Assembly: GCF_004010195.1 (NCBI RefSeq)
Contig: NW_025215328.1
Span: forward strand, 17,514-70,699
Source of the DNA: Chiloscyllium plagiosum
Lineage: Eukaryota
Length of the DNA: 53,186 nucleotides
Direction of reading: 5' to 3'
Within the stretch, counting starts at the first letter, position 1. The number at the start of each line of letters is the position of its first letter. The notes beneath the pieces were generated by a model. It ran no database searches, had not been told where the DNA came from, and saw nothing but the letters and a program-made list of their open reading frames with translations. This document shows positions 23,251 through 36,299 of the stretch, in pieces. Made by a program: the position numbers and the translations under genes.

Positions 23251-25723
23251 GGTCAAGCAGCTTCAGTATTGTAACTAGGACTAGGCTCAACAGTGTCTTC
23301 GTCTCATTAGGCAGAATCGAACCATAATTTATCTCAGTGCCATTTTCATTGAGTATGACAGAGGGATTGTCTCCTCCTGGTGCTACCTTATCGAACTCAC
23401 CTCATTGACTACCTACCCCACCTCATGGGGTCCCTCTCAGTCAATGCCAGCCCTATTCTCCAACCCATCACGGCTGGAGGTATTCATCATCGCACTGATG
23501 CCCTGGATATTATGTTATCCCTGGCATTATTGCCATCTTTAAAAGGCCAGTTGGCACACAGTTGTGCTTTTTTTGATTTCGGAGCTGGTTTGTACAGTTT
23601 ACACCGAGTATGGCAGGTAAGGGGCAATTACATCACGGTTTGTTGTCATGGGCACGGAGGTCCTGGTGGATGGACTATTATAGAGGGGGACCATTCTCTT
23701 CCCAGAGGGGGTCATACTATTAGACCCACCTGGCATGGTCTGAGCTCACCAACCAGCTCAGTGCAGTATCTGCNNNNNNNNNNNNNNNNNNNNNNNNNNN
23801 NNNNNNNNNNNNNNNNNNNNNNNNNNNNNNNNNNNNNNNNNNNNNNNNNNNNNNNNNNNNNNNNNNNNNNNNNNNNNNNGCCACCCACTCCCACCCTCAC
23901 TCCCTCCCTCCCTTTCTCCCATTCCAGGAGAAACAGTCTGGAATAAGACAGAAATGACCAAACCGTGAGGTGGAATTCCCGATATCCGTCGCTCACACCC
24001 GTCCCCTGTCATGTTGGGAGGACCCTGGTACGAGGCGGAGAGGAGTGGGACGGCTCGTGTGGAGATTCTGAACTATCGACGTCCGAACGATTGAGTAAGG
24101 AGCAAAGTTCAGTGAAGGGCAGTTCTCACTTTCAACCCACTGGCAGTTCCGTTTCCCCCTGACACAACTGCGAAGCCGTCGACCTGATGCCATCTCCCTT
24201 TTGTGTCGAGCTGGTACAAATGGAATCGCCACAGTCTCAGTGGGCAGGAGGGCGGGCTCACATCACAGCGTCTCCATCACATCCCAGGAAGGGAGCACGG
24301 AGACTCCCTCCTTTACCTCCTCCTGTAAACAGCTCAGATGCTGAAACTAACCTGTGAGATTTACTGCTATCCCCACTTGTCCTGACATCTTCAATAATCT
24401 GTTCTCATATACACCCTGGGCCCTCTGTTCCTGCACCTCCTTTATAACGGTACAACCTGTTTAATATTGTCTTTCAATGTCCTTCCTACTAAAGAGCATC
24501 ACCTCACACTGCGCTGCATTGATCGCCATCTGCCATACACCTGAACACTACACCAACATATAACTTTCCTGTTGGAGTTCCACACCGACCTCAACAAACT
24601 TAACAATTCTTTCAGGTTTGGTATCTGCAAATATTGAAATTGTCCTATAGTCACACTCCACCCAAAAATACTGACACACACCAGGCAGAGCGAGTGAAAT
24701 ATTGACACACTCTCCATGTCTGCATTGCTGTCAATTTATAGTGACTGCCTCTACGTGTCTGTATTCTTGTGTGTATCTGTGTGGGGCGGGTCTGGCACTC
24801 TCTGTGCCGTTCAAAGTGATGTAATATCCCCTGATATGGGTTCTGAGTAAGGATCACTCGATCCAAAACGTCAACTTTCATTTTTGTCCAAAGCTGTTTC
24901 CAGAGCTGTTGAGTTTTAATGGTTGTCAATCTCTATTGTACCCCCATCCCGATCCCCCACCCTACTGTAATCGTGATGCTGAAGTGTGTACACGATCAGG
25001 GATTCAGTCCGGGAGGGAGAGAGGGAGGGCAGCAGCTCATAGCACAATCCAACCTGAATTTTGATTGCACCAAGCACACACACACGCATACACGCGCGGG
25101 TGAACATACACACACACATGCACATGCACACACTAGGTTGGTTTGGAGAGGATTGTCATTGTACTTAGGCCCGCAGAGTGGAACGTGTTCGTGTGGAGAA
25201 ATATCTGCGCTCCTTCTGCAATGTAGAAATGGTTTGTCACTGGGTTTTATTTCCAACACACAGTGTAAACATTAAAGTATATTTCCATTGCAATTATATC
25301 CAAGCAATTCCGAGTGAGCCACTTTCCAAGGCGAAGAGATTAATTTTAGTGCACATCCAGTAACTTGGAATTTTTAATGTTTTACTCTTACAAGTAACCT
25401 TATATGTGAGAAAGTATTGGAAAGACCTAAACCAGACCACCAGAGTGTGGGATTGTATCACTTTAAAGAAAAGAGGGAAAGGGAGAGGAAGGGAGAGCGG
25501 TTTTGACCCCGTTTCAGTGATTCACACCAAAAATAAGAAGAGTTACCATTGCACAGAGATGCAGAGACAGAGATCCACATACTAATGAAGGAACACATGT
25601 AACAAGCACAGAGAGAGACATGCACACAGAGGTTAACAGAGACATATATATATAGACACACAGGAATAGACAAACATGAACAGAAATATGCAGATCCATA
25701 CTTGGACATACAAACACACATAG

Positions 25724-28700
25724 AATCATCGAGTTATACAGGGTATTTTCAAACAGGCCTATCTGCCCATACAGTCCATGCTGACCATAATCCCAAGCTA
25801 AACGAGTCCCACCTGCCTGCGCTTGGCCCAGATTTGTCCAAATGTTCTCTTATTCTTGTACTTAACCAAATGCGTTTTAAACGCTATAACTTTACCCACA
25901 ATCTATCACTTCCTCAGGAAGTTCATTCCCTTCACGAACCACGTGTTGTGTAAAAAATGAATCTCCTCACAGGTCCTGATCAGTTGGACCCAAGACATTT
26001 GTAGGAAGCTAAGGAAGTGATGCTGGGTCCCTTGCTGAGTCGTTGTCATCATCAATAGCCACAGGTGAGATGTTGGAAGTCATGAGTTTGACGAAAGTTT
26101 TGCTTTTAAACAAAATGGAAAGAAAAATCCAAGAACTATAGATTGGGGAGCCTGATATCAGTGGTGGGCACCGTGTTGGAGGGAATCATGAGCTATTGAT
26201 TTACATGCATTTGGAAAGGCAAGGTCTGCTTAGGGATAGGCACAATTGAGGACTTCAGATGCAGGAGATCACAGTCGAGATGAGAGTGGTACTAGAAAAG
26301 CACAGCAGGTCAGGCAGCATCTGACGAACAGGAAAATCGACGATATGGACAAAAGACCTTTATCTGGATAGTGAAATGGGGTTGTGCGTGGACATTCATG
26401 TCTTACTAATTTGATTGTTTTTGTTGAGAAGTAACGGACAGGATTGATGACGGCAGAACACTGGATGTGATCTATGTGGACTTCAGTTAGGCATTCGACA
26501 TAGCTTCCCATGGAGACTGGTTAGCAAGATTAGATCACATGGAATACAGGGAGAATTACCCAGTTGGATACAGAACTGGCTCAAAGGGAGAGGACGGATG
26601 ATGGTGGTGGAGGGTTGTTTTGCAGACTGAAGGCCTGTGACCAGTGGAGTGTCACAGGGATCGGTGCTAGGTCCGCTACTTTTCGTCATTTATATAAATG
26701 ATTTCGATATGAACATAGGACAGTTAGTAAGTTTAGCAGATGATATCAAAATTGGAGGTACAGTGGCCAGCAAAGAATGTTACTTCAGATTACGATGGGA
26801 TCTTAATCAGATGGGCCAATGGACCGAGGACTGGCAGACAGAGTTTAATTTAGATAAATGTGAGATGCTGCATATTGGAAAGGCATATCAAGGCTGGACT
26901 TATATACTTACTGGTAAAGTCCTGGGGATTGTTGCTGAACAAACTTAGCTCAGAACAAGTTTATAGTCCTTTGAAAGTGGATTTGCAGGTAGATAGGACA
27001 GTGAAGAAAGTATTTGATATGTTATTGGTCAAGTGCATTGTGTATATGCGTTAGGAGACTGGATTGCGTCTGTACAGGACATTGGTTCGGCCACTTCTGG
27101 AATACTGAATGCAATTCTGATCTCCCTGCTCTGTAGGAAAGATGTTGCCAAACTTGAAAGGGTTCAAGAAGGGCTTACACTGAGTTTGCCATGTTTGGAG
27201 GGTTTGAGTTACAGGGAAAGGCTGAATCCGCTGAGCCTGTTTTCCCTGGAGAATCAGAGGATGAAGGTTGATGTTAGATGTTAGTAAAATCATGGGTGCA
27301 ACGGATAGCGTGAATAGCCAAATTCTTTTCCCTAGATAATGGAGTCAAAAACTAGATGGCAAAGGTTTAAGGTGGGATGGGAAAGACAAAAAAGGGCTCT
27401 AATGGGCAACATCTTCATGTAGAGGATGGTCCATGTGTAATGAGCTGCCAGAGGAAGATATTGAGGCTGGCACAATTACAACAGTTAACAGACATCTGGA
27501 TGGACAGATGAATGGGAAAGGTTTAGATGGAAATTGACCAAATGCCAGAATATGCGAGGAGAAAAATTTTTACTATCTGGTTAGCATGGACACGTTGGAC
27601 CAAAGGGTCTGTTTCCATGCTTTACAGCTTTATGACGCTATGTCCTTTAAGAAACTTCCTCCTCTTCTCTTAAAACAATCCCCCACTCGAGGGAAAACCT
27701 CTACAAGGATACCTCTCAGCCTCCTACGCTCCAGTAGAAAATGCCCGAGTCTGTTGAGCCTGTCCTAAGAATTCAAACACTTCATTCCCAGCAACATCCT
27801 GATAAATCTCTTCTGAACTCTCCCGAACTTGATAATAGTCTCGATATAACAGGGCGACCAGAACTGCACACAGTCCTCCAGGACATGCCTCCCGAATGTC
27901 CTGTGCAACCTGACCATACCGTCCCAACTCCTGTACTCAAAGGACTGTCCACTGCTATATGTCATTTATTTAAATGATTTGGATACGAACATAGGAGATA
28001 TAGCTATTAAATTTGCAGATGACACCAAAATTTGAGGTGCAGTGAACAGATAAGAACGTTACCAGAGAGTAAAATTGAATCTTGTTCAGATGGGCCAATG
28101 GACTGAGGAATGGCAGTAGAAGATATATTTAGATAAATGCGAGGTGCTACATTTTGAAAAGGGAAATCAGAGCAGGACTTATACACTTAATGATATAGTC
28201 CTGGAGAATGTTGTTGAACAAAGATACCTTGGCGTACAGGGTCATATTTCCTTAAATGTTGAGTTGCAGGTCGATAGGATAGTGAAGCAGGTATTTAATA
28301 TGCTTTCCTTTATTGTTCAAACCACTGAGTACAAGAGTTGGGAGGTCATGTTGCGGCTGGACTGGACATTGGTTAGGCCACTTTTGCAACATTGTGTACA
28401 ATCCTGGTCTCATTCCTATCGGAAATATGTTGTGAAACTTGGAAGGGTTCAGAAAAGATTTACAAAGGTGTTGCCAGGGCTGGAGGATTTGAGCTGTAGG
28501 GAGAGCCGGAATAGGCTAGGGCTGTTTTCTCTGAATCATTAGAGGCTGAAAGGTGAATTATTGAGGTTTGTAAATCATGAGAGGCATGCATAGGGTAAAT
28601 AGACAATGTCTTTTCCCCGGGGTGGGCGAGTCCACAACTAGAGGGCACAGGTTTAGGATGAGAGGGGAAAGATTTAAAAGGGACATCAGTGGCAATTTTT

Positions 28701-30400
28701 ATGCATAGACAGTGGTATGTGTATGGAATGAGTTGCCAGAGGCTGGTCCAATTAAACTTTTTAAAGGACATCTGGATGAGTATATAAATAGCAAGGGTTC
28801 AGAGGGATATGGCAAATGTTGGCAAAATTGACAAGATTAGGTTAGGGTATCTGGTCGACATGGACAGGTTGTACCAGAGGGTCCGTTTCCGTGCGGTACA
28901 TCTCTCTGACTCTATGTCTATATAATGAAGTGCATCAAGTGAAACACCTTCATAACCACCCTGTCTACATATGAAGCAAACTTCAAAGAATTGTGCCCGA
29001 ACCCCTAGGTTGCTCTGTTCTACAACACTACCAATGGCTCAACATTTAATTGTATACGTGTTTTGTTTAGTTTGTTTTACCAAAGTATGATACCTTGCAT
29101 TTATCAGTATTAAACTCCATCTGCAATTCTTTAGCCCAGTGAGTGATAATACTGGGGAAGAAAGGCTGGAAAGTAATCAGTTGCCTTGAATCATTTAATG
29201 GTTTTAGGAAGAGAGCAGTCACACGTTAGAGAAGGGAAACAGTGATCGGTGTTTCAGGCCAGTAAATATGCTCGTCTTTGTCTCTGATGTTCAGTGTTGA
29301 TATCTATTCGAGATCCTTCCTAGAGCAGAGTGTGTCTGCAGGATTTCATTCCCTCATATTGCAAATTACAGATAATAACCATTTAAACTGGAAATCATAG
29401 CCAAGAATTTAAAGATGTTCATAGTTTATCTCGAAGGCAGAGCACATAAACTCGACACCCTACAGTTGAGGCAAGTACCTTGCATTTTTTAACAATGTTG
29501 TTATTTTNNNNNNNNNNNNNNNNNNNNNNNNNNNNNNNNNNNNNNNNNNNNNNNNNNNNNNNNNNNNNNNNNNNNNNNNNNNNNNNNNNNNNNNNNNNNN
29601 NNNNNNNNNNNNNNNNNNNNNNNNNNNNNNNNNNNNNNNNACGCGTTGACTAAAATGATTTTAAAATTGTGGTTTGATCGAGATGGAAGAGGTGTCAGTA
29701 TTGAATTTCAGAATTTAAGCCCCGGATGACTGAAATACAGACCCAGGGTGGGAGGCACATTTGCACTTTCTAGAGGTTTATAAATGCACGAAGTGCATGG
29801 ATAGGGGGTGAGTAGTGAAGATCCTTTCCCCATGCTTGGAAGTCCAACATTAGAAGGCATAGATTTAATGTGAGAGGGGAAAGATTTTAAAGTGACCTCG
29901 GGACAACTTTTTCACTCAGAAAGTGGAGCGTGTACATAATGAACTGCCAGGAGAAGTGGTGGAGCTTGGTATAATTACAACAGTTAAAAGGCACCCAGAT
30001 TGATATATTAATACGAAGGATTTAGAGTGCTGGCAAATAGATTAGATTCCCTACAGTGTAGCACAAGTCCAAACCAACCCTCTGAAGAGTTACCCACCCA
30101 GAAGCATCTCACCATATTTACCCCTGACTAATGGACCTGACATTATGTGCAACTTAGCATGGCCAATTCACATAATCTGCACAATTTTGGACTGTGGGAG
30201 GAAACCCACGCAGACACAGCGAGAATGTGCAAATCAAACCCAGCAATCAAACCCAGGTCCCTGGTACTGTGAGGCAGTAGTGCGAACCACTGAGCCACTG
30301 CACCACCCCAAGTAGGGCACGATTAATTTCAGAAATCAAGTTGGCATGTATGAGTTGGTCAAAAGTGTTCGCTTCCGTGCTGTACAACTCTTAAGATTCA
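25724..30400. mobile_element. Cluster of CR1 fragments in both orientations (25724-25950 -, 25960-27640 +, 27640-27950 -, 27950-28915 +, 28930-29140 -, 29770-30400 +)
   Basis: TSGVSQGSVLGPLLFVIYINDF, LVRPLLQHCVQSWS, CVQFWSPCY motifs and CR1 3'UTRs; Penelope-type remnant at about 26245-26370; gap at 29508-29640. Confidence 0.85.
30037..30310 (-). mobile_element. HE1-type SINE in a CR1 3'UTR
   Basis: tagattagattccctacagtgt tail; head ..gaggcagtagtgcgaaccactgagccactgcaccaccc. Confidence 0.85.
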
Positions 30401-32299
30401 TCAAGCCATTTGATCTATTTCCCTGTGTAATCTTCATTATCCAAAATATAGCCAAACTTGGTTTAATCCACAATCTTTCTAACCACGCCTTCTATAATTC
30501 TGCTCTGAATCATTTGTAAAAATGTCAAACAAAAATGGAGCACAAGTCCCTGTGGAATACCATTGTGCACAGTGTCACAAAGCTGGTCCCATTTCTCTAA
30601 AAGCCTCCTTTTCTCAAATATAATGTTTTCTTGATTTTTTTGTTCCAGAGGGGTCATAAATAGTTCCCGGTTCCAAGGTGACTGGTTTGGTACAGAGATT
30701 AAACGGTTTTGTGATTAAAGCTATAATGAAAGGGGAGTGGTCAGCTCTCGAGGTGAGCAGTTCAGTCCTGAACCAGTTTGTAGTTCACTGTGTGGACAGG
30801 CTCTCTATATCTCTCTCTGTCTANNNNNNNNNNNNNNNNNNNNNNNNNNNNNNNNNNNNNNNNNNNNNNNNNNNNNNNNNNNNNNNNNNNNNNNNNNNNN
30901 NNNNNNNNNNNNNNNNNNNNNNNNNNNNNNNNNNNNNNNNNNNNNNNNNNNNNNNNNNNNNNNNNNNNNNNNNNNNNNNNNNNNNNNNNNNNNNNNNNNN
31001 NNNNNNNNNNNNNNNNNNNNNNNNNNNNNNNNNNNNNNNNNNNNNNNNNNNNNNNNNNNNNNNNNNNNNNNNNNNNNNNNNNNNNNNNNNNNNNNNNNNN
31101 NNNNNNNNNNNNNNNNNNNNNNNNNNNNNNNNNNNNNNNNNNNNNNNNNNNNNNNNNNNNNNNNNNNNNNNNNNNNNNNNNNNNNNNNNNNNNNNNNNNN
31201 NNNNNNNNNNNNNNNNNNNNNNNNNNNNNNNNNNNNNNNNNNNNNNNNNNNNNNNNNNNNNNNNNNNNNNNNNNNNNNNNNNNNNNNNNNNNNNNNNNNN
31301 NNNNNNNNNNNNNNNNNNNNNNNNNNNNNNNNNNNNNNNNNNNNNNNNNNNNNNNNNNNNNNNNNNNNNNNNNNNNNNNNNNNNNNNNNNNNNNNNNNNN
31401 NNNNNNNNNNNNNNNNNNNNNNNNNNNNNNNNNNNNNNNNNNNNNNNNNNNNNNNNNNNNNNNNNNNNNNNNNNNNNNNNNNNNNNNNNNNNNNNNNNNN
31501 NNNNNNNNNNNNNNNNNNNNNNNNNNNNNNNNNNNNNNNNNNNNNNNNNNNNNNNNNNNNNNNNNNNNNNNNNNNNNNNNNNNNNNNNNNNNNNNNNNNN
31601 NNNNNNNNNNNNNNNNNNNNNNNNNNNNNNNNNNNNNNNNNNNNNNNNNNNNNNNNNNNNNNNNNNNNNNNNNNNNNNNNNNNNNNNNNNNNNNNNNNNN
31701 NNNNNNNNNNNNNNNNNNNNNNNNNNNNNNNNNNNNNNNNNNNNNNNNNNNNNNNNNNNNNNNNTTTTTACTGCTCTAATTTTGTACGCTCTATCGTACG
31801 TGCATTCGTCTGTGTTAGTGTCTGTATTTGCATGTGCATGTGTGTCTGTGTGTCCGTGTTTTTGTGTGTCTTTGTTTTTGTGGGGTTGAGTGTGTCTGTG
31901 TGTGCACGTCTGTGTGTGTGTGTTTGAGTGTGTCCCTGTGTATATGTCTGTGTGTGTCTTGGAGTGTATCTATGTGTGCCTGTCTGTGTATGTATCTGTG
32001 TGTGTGTCTGCACATGTTTGTCCTCTTCATTACTTTTAGAAATGCAAATATCAATGTACATTTTTGTAATTTCTATACTGTTTGTCAATCATCTTTCCAT
32101 CGTAGCTTGAGGAACTTTGCTTCCGTCATGAATTTGATATTTTAACAGATGAAGAAAATCTACATGACTTCTTCCTAGGACGACCCTGACCCATTGAGAG
32201 ACCTATATCATAGGCGATATCATCAAACTGGTTACACCAATACTTTGCTGTGACCAATGGAGAAGTGACAGTGGAAATGAAAACAGTTACTCAACAATC

Positions 32300-33620
32300 C
32301 AGGGAAGTCTGGACCGGTGATCCTGACATTAGTGGTGGGTAAGTTGTTGGAGAGGATTCTGAGGGATAGCCAATTGCATGCATGTTCAAAGGCAAGGTTT
32401 GATTGGGGATAGTCACCATGGCTTTTTTCATGAGAAATCGTGTCACACTAATTTGACTGAGTATGTTAAAGAGGACAAAGCAGATTGATGAAGGCAGTGT
32501 TGCAGATGCTTTCCATTTGGGCGAGAGCAAGTTCTTCGGAAAGATTCTGCATATTAGGCAAGTTACTAACGTTTGGACACAGGGGAACCAGCGCACCCAA
32601 GCCAATTGAATACGAAAATTAGGTTGAAGGGAGGCGACAGAGGTTGGTAGAGGATTGCTTTTCAGACTGGAGGCCTTTGAACAATAGTGTGGCACAAGGA
32701 TCAGTGCTGAGCCCACTGAATTTTGTCATTTATATAAATGATGTGGATGTGACCATAGGTGGTAAGGGTAGCAAGTTTGCAGATTACACCAAATTTTTTG
32801 GTGTTGTGGGTAATGAAGAAAATTATCTCAGAGTGCAATGAGACCTCGATCAGATGGGCCAATGGGCTGACAAGTGGCAGATGGAGTTTAATTCAGATAA
32901 ATGTGAAGTGCTGCATTTTGGGAAGCAAATCGGTGTACTTAATTGAAATTTATTGGAGGATGTTGCTGAGCAACGAGAGAGAGAGAGATGTAGATGCAAT
33001 GCTCCTTCAACGTGAATAGGATAATGAACAAGGTGTTTGGAATGTTTGCCTTCATTTGTCAGAGCAATGAGTTTCGGAGTTGGGTTGTCATGTTACAGCT
33101 GCACAGGATGTCAGCGAGGCCACATTTTGGAATAGTGTGTGCAGTTCTGGTCTCCCTGCTGTACGAAGGTTGCTGTGAAACTTGAAAGGGTTCAGAAAAG
33201 ATTTATAAGGATGTTGCCAGGTTTCGAGAGTTTGAGCTATAAGCAGAGGCTGAATAGGCAAAAGCGGTTTTCCCTGTAGAATCACGGGCTTAGGGCTGAC
33301 CCTATAGAGGTTTATAAAATAATAAGGGACATGGATTTTGTAAATAGACAAGGTCTATTTCCCAGAATTGGGAATTCCAAAAATAGAGGGTATAGATTTA
33401 AGGTGCGAGGGGAAATATTTTAAATGGAACTACGAGGCAATGTTTTCATATAGAGGGAGGTGTGCATATGGGATTATCTGCCAGAGGAAGTGGTGGAGTC
33501 TGGCATCTTGATGGGTATCTGAATAAGGAGGTTTAGAGGAATATGAGCCAAATACCGCCAAATCAGACTCCATCAGATTGGGATGTCTGGTCAGCACGGA
33601 TAAATTTGCATGATTCTATA
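32300..33620 (+). mobile_element. CR1 LINE RT-to-3' fragment
   Basis: SVAQGSVLSPLNFVIYINDV..KFADYTK; VMLQLHR..RPHF. Confidence 0.85.
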
Positions 33621-35069
33621 AGAGGGATGAAGAGACATTCTAAACAGGCATTTCAAGTCGGAATTCTCTTCCCCACAAGTTTGAGATGCTTCTTTGTTTA
33701 CATTGATTCAAAGCTGAGTTAGTTAAATATTTGACAGAGAAGTGAGTCATGAATAACGGGATACAGTCAGGAAAATGTGACCATAACCTGCTCAGCCACA
33801 ATCTTAGTGCCTGGTGGAGAAGGCTCGAAGTGTCTAATGGCCCACTCCTGCTCCTCAGTCCCATGTTTCCGTGTTCCATTCAGTCCCTCAAACCTGCTGG
33901 ACAGGAGCAGTTAGAGGCTACTTCCTGCTATAACCTGGTGCACAGTAACAGAGGAGACCATTCAGCCCCTCCAAACTGTCACACACAATTTGGGCTGGTT
34001 TGGAAAATATAATTGGAAAACCAAGGCTGGATATGAAAGAGGTCGCTCATTTTTCTTTACAGAACTTCCCCTCTCTGCAACTTGTGCCTCATATGTTGGT
34101 CATGTTGTGGACCCAGTTTCACTGTGAATACAGCCCCCATATCTCAACCAGAGATGGTCCAGATAATCTGGCAACATTCAATAACAGAGCTTCCAGGAAA
34201 ATGACAAACTCTACTTTCCAATAATAGAATGTGGAACGCCACAAACAGGGGTATGTCATTCATCGCAAAAGACATGAACACAAGGGCTCAGGGAAGACTG
34301 ACCGGCCCTGACATCAAGGCATCATTTAACTAAGGACAGTCTCAAGGAGCCTGAGCAGGATTGCACTTAATGGGAATCAGTTGTAAACTTCCCTGGTTAG
34401 AATGATTTAAAGCAAAAAGCACAATGATTGTGGATTGTGTACAAAACCCCATGCAGTCATGGACATGTCTGCAAAAGGTCTTCAAGGTAGCTTCCTCAGC
34501 ACAAACATCTTCAGCTGCTTCATAAAGATTAGAAGTGGGGGTGTTCACTGACGGTCACACAATATTCAGGAAAAATGTCCCCCTTCAGCTCCTGAACTCG
34601 TCTGTGTCCATGTGCAGGAAAATCTGGACAACATTCAGGCTTGTTCTGTTGGAAGTATTGGTAACATTCATGCAACAGTGCTGCTGGACACTGCACATTT
34701 CCACAGTTAAAAGGAGGAGATTATTCGCATTAGCTTCACATGAATATGCAGACGTCATTCAGCTCAATTCAATTATTGGAGAAGTGTAGAGATAGCCCAT
34801 TTCGTGCCTCCAACCAATTATACAGGAAGAGAAGGAGTCACGTGTTATGGACGACAGCAGAGCGTCTCAAAAATATTTGAAGGCGTTGGCCGAGACTCAA
34901 TTAATAATTAAGTGTTCTGATACATTAATATCCCATAAACATGTACTTGGCAAAACGGAAAGATCTGACACAGATTCTCAAATGCAGTTCTCCAATCTAG
35001 GAGGGAAAACAAATCAAGTGAAAATTTAGAGAGAGTTGCAGCCAGGAGACTTCCACTGAAGCTTCCAAC

Positions 35070-36000
35070 TCTGTGGAGACCTCAATAACTTCTAATGTTA
35101 CTGAGAAACCAAAACACTTGCTGTAATGTGGCTGCCAGAACTGCACACAGTATTCTAACTATGGCCTAACCATGGCATGTTTAACTCATATTATGTCGCC
35201 TTGTTGAATAAACACTATACCTACAGTCCCGTGTGATTTCTTAACTGGCTATTAAACTGTCCAGTCACATTCAGAGAGGTGTGGAGAAACAGTCTCTGAC
35301 CGCTCTAGTGTTCTGCTATTCATTGAATTCTCCCCTGTCTGGCTCCATTTTCCAAAGTGCATCACCTCATATTTATCAGGGTTCCATTCCATCTGCCATC
35401 TGACCATTCCACCTGTATCTTTCAGTAACATAAGGCCTTCCTTCTCACTGCCAACCACCTGGCCATTCTTTGTGTCAAACACAAAATTACTTATTACGCT
35501 CAGCCCCCACCCACCACCGCCCCCTCCACATTCACATTTACATCATTAGTCCTCTAGCACATCCCTTGTGTGGTCAGATTCGACTAAAACATTTAGGTCA
35601 GGTCATTTCCTCTCTTGTCTCCAACAGCATCCTGCGATACAACTCATCTGAACTTTACATCATCCAAAACCATCAATCCCAACTTGCATCTTACATCAAT
35701 CTGTTCGAGAGCCTCCCAGTCCATCTTATTGAATTCTGTACCTGCATTGTCCTTCTCCCAACTAAAATAGATGTGAAGCTCTCATGTCACAGTCTATCAA
35801 TGTTCCCCAGTTTCACATACTGATTTTCCCCTTGGTTTCGAAATTGGTCCTAATTTTTCCCTGGCCATTCTGTTCAGCTTGATGTTTTTGTAGAACATCT
35901 TGGGTTCCCCCTAACTTTGCCTGCTGCACTTCTCCATGCCCCTGTATGAGTCAGTCTGCTGTGGGTGAATTTTCTAAGTTTCCCTGAGATGACCTCTCAT
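35070..36000 (-). mobile_element. Decayed CR1-group fragments
   Basis: Minus strand WQMEWNPDKYEVMHFGK; ggctgccagaactgcacacagtattc reads EYCVQFW on the minus strand. Confidence 0.65.
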
Positions 36001-36299
36001 TCTTTGAAACAGTACAGAACACAGGTATAATCTCATCCACACTGCATGGAGTCTGTGCAGAACGCCTTTACTTCGATATTCCAATTTCCGTCAACAGAAG
36101 GCCAACTTCACTTTTACCCTTCCATTTTCAAAAGTCGCCCCGAGCCACATTGGTTCAATTTTATTTACTATTCACTTTCTGAACTCTTAAACATCCACCT
36201 GAATATCAAACTATATCACATCCAATATTTCTCCATTGTCTCCGCCTACAAGAAACAACTTCAAACCATTTCAAAATAAGTTTGTTAACAGTGATTATT

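Noticed and set aside
30678..31927. Long ORFs of 300-400 aa here and at 50756-51775
   Set aside because: Artefacts of N-runs in assembly gaps
31768..32145. Cys/Val- or His/Thr-rich ORFs here and at 16403-16665, 25458-25729, 49307-49579 and 52659-53081
   Set aside because: Translations of degenerate (GT/CA)n microsatellites
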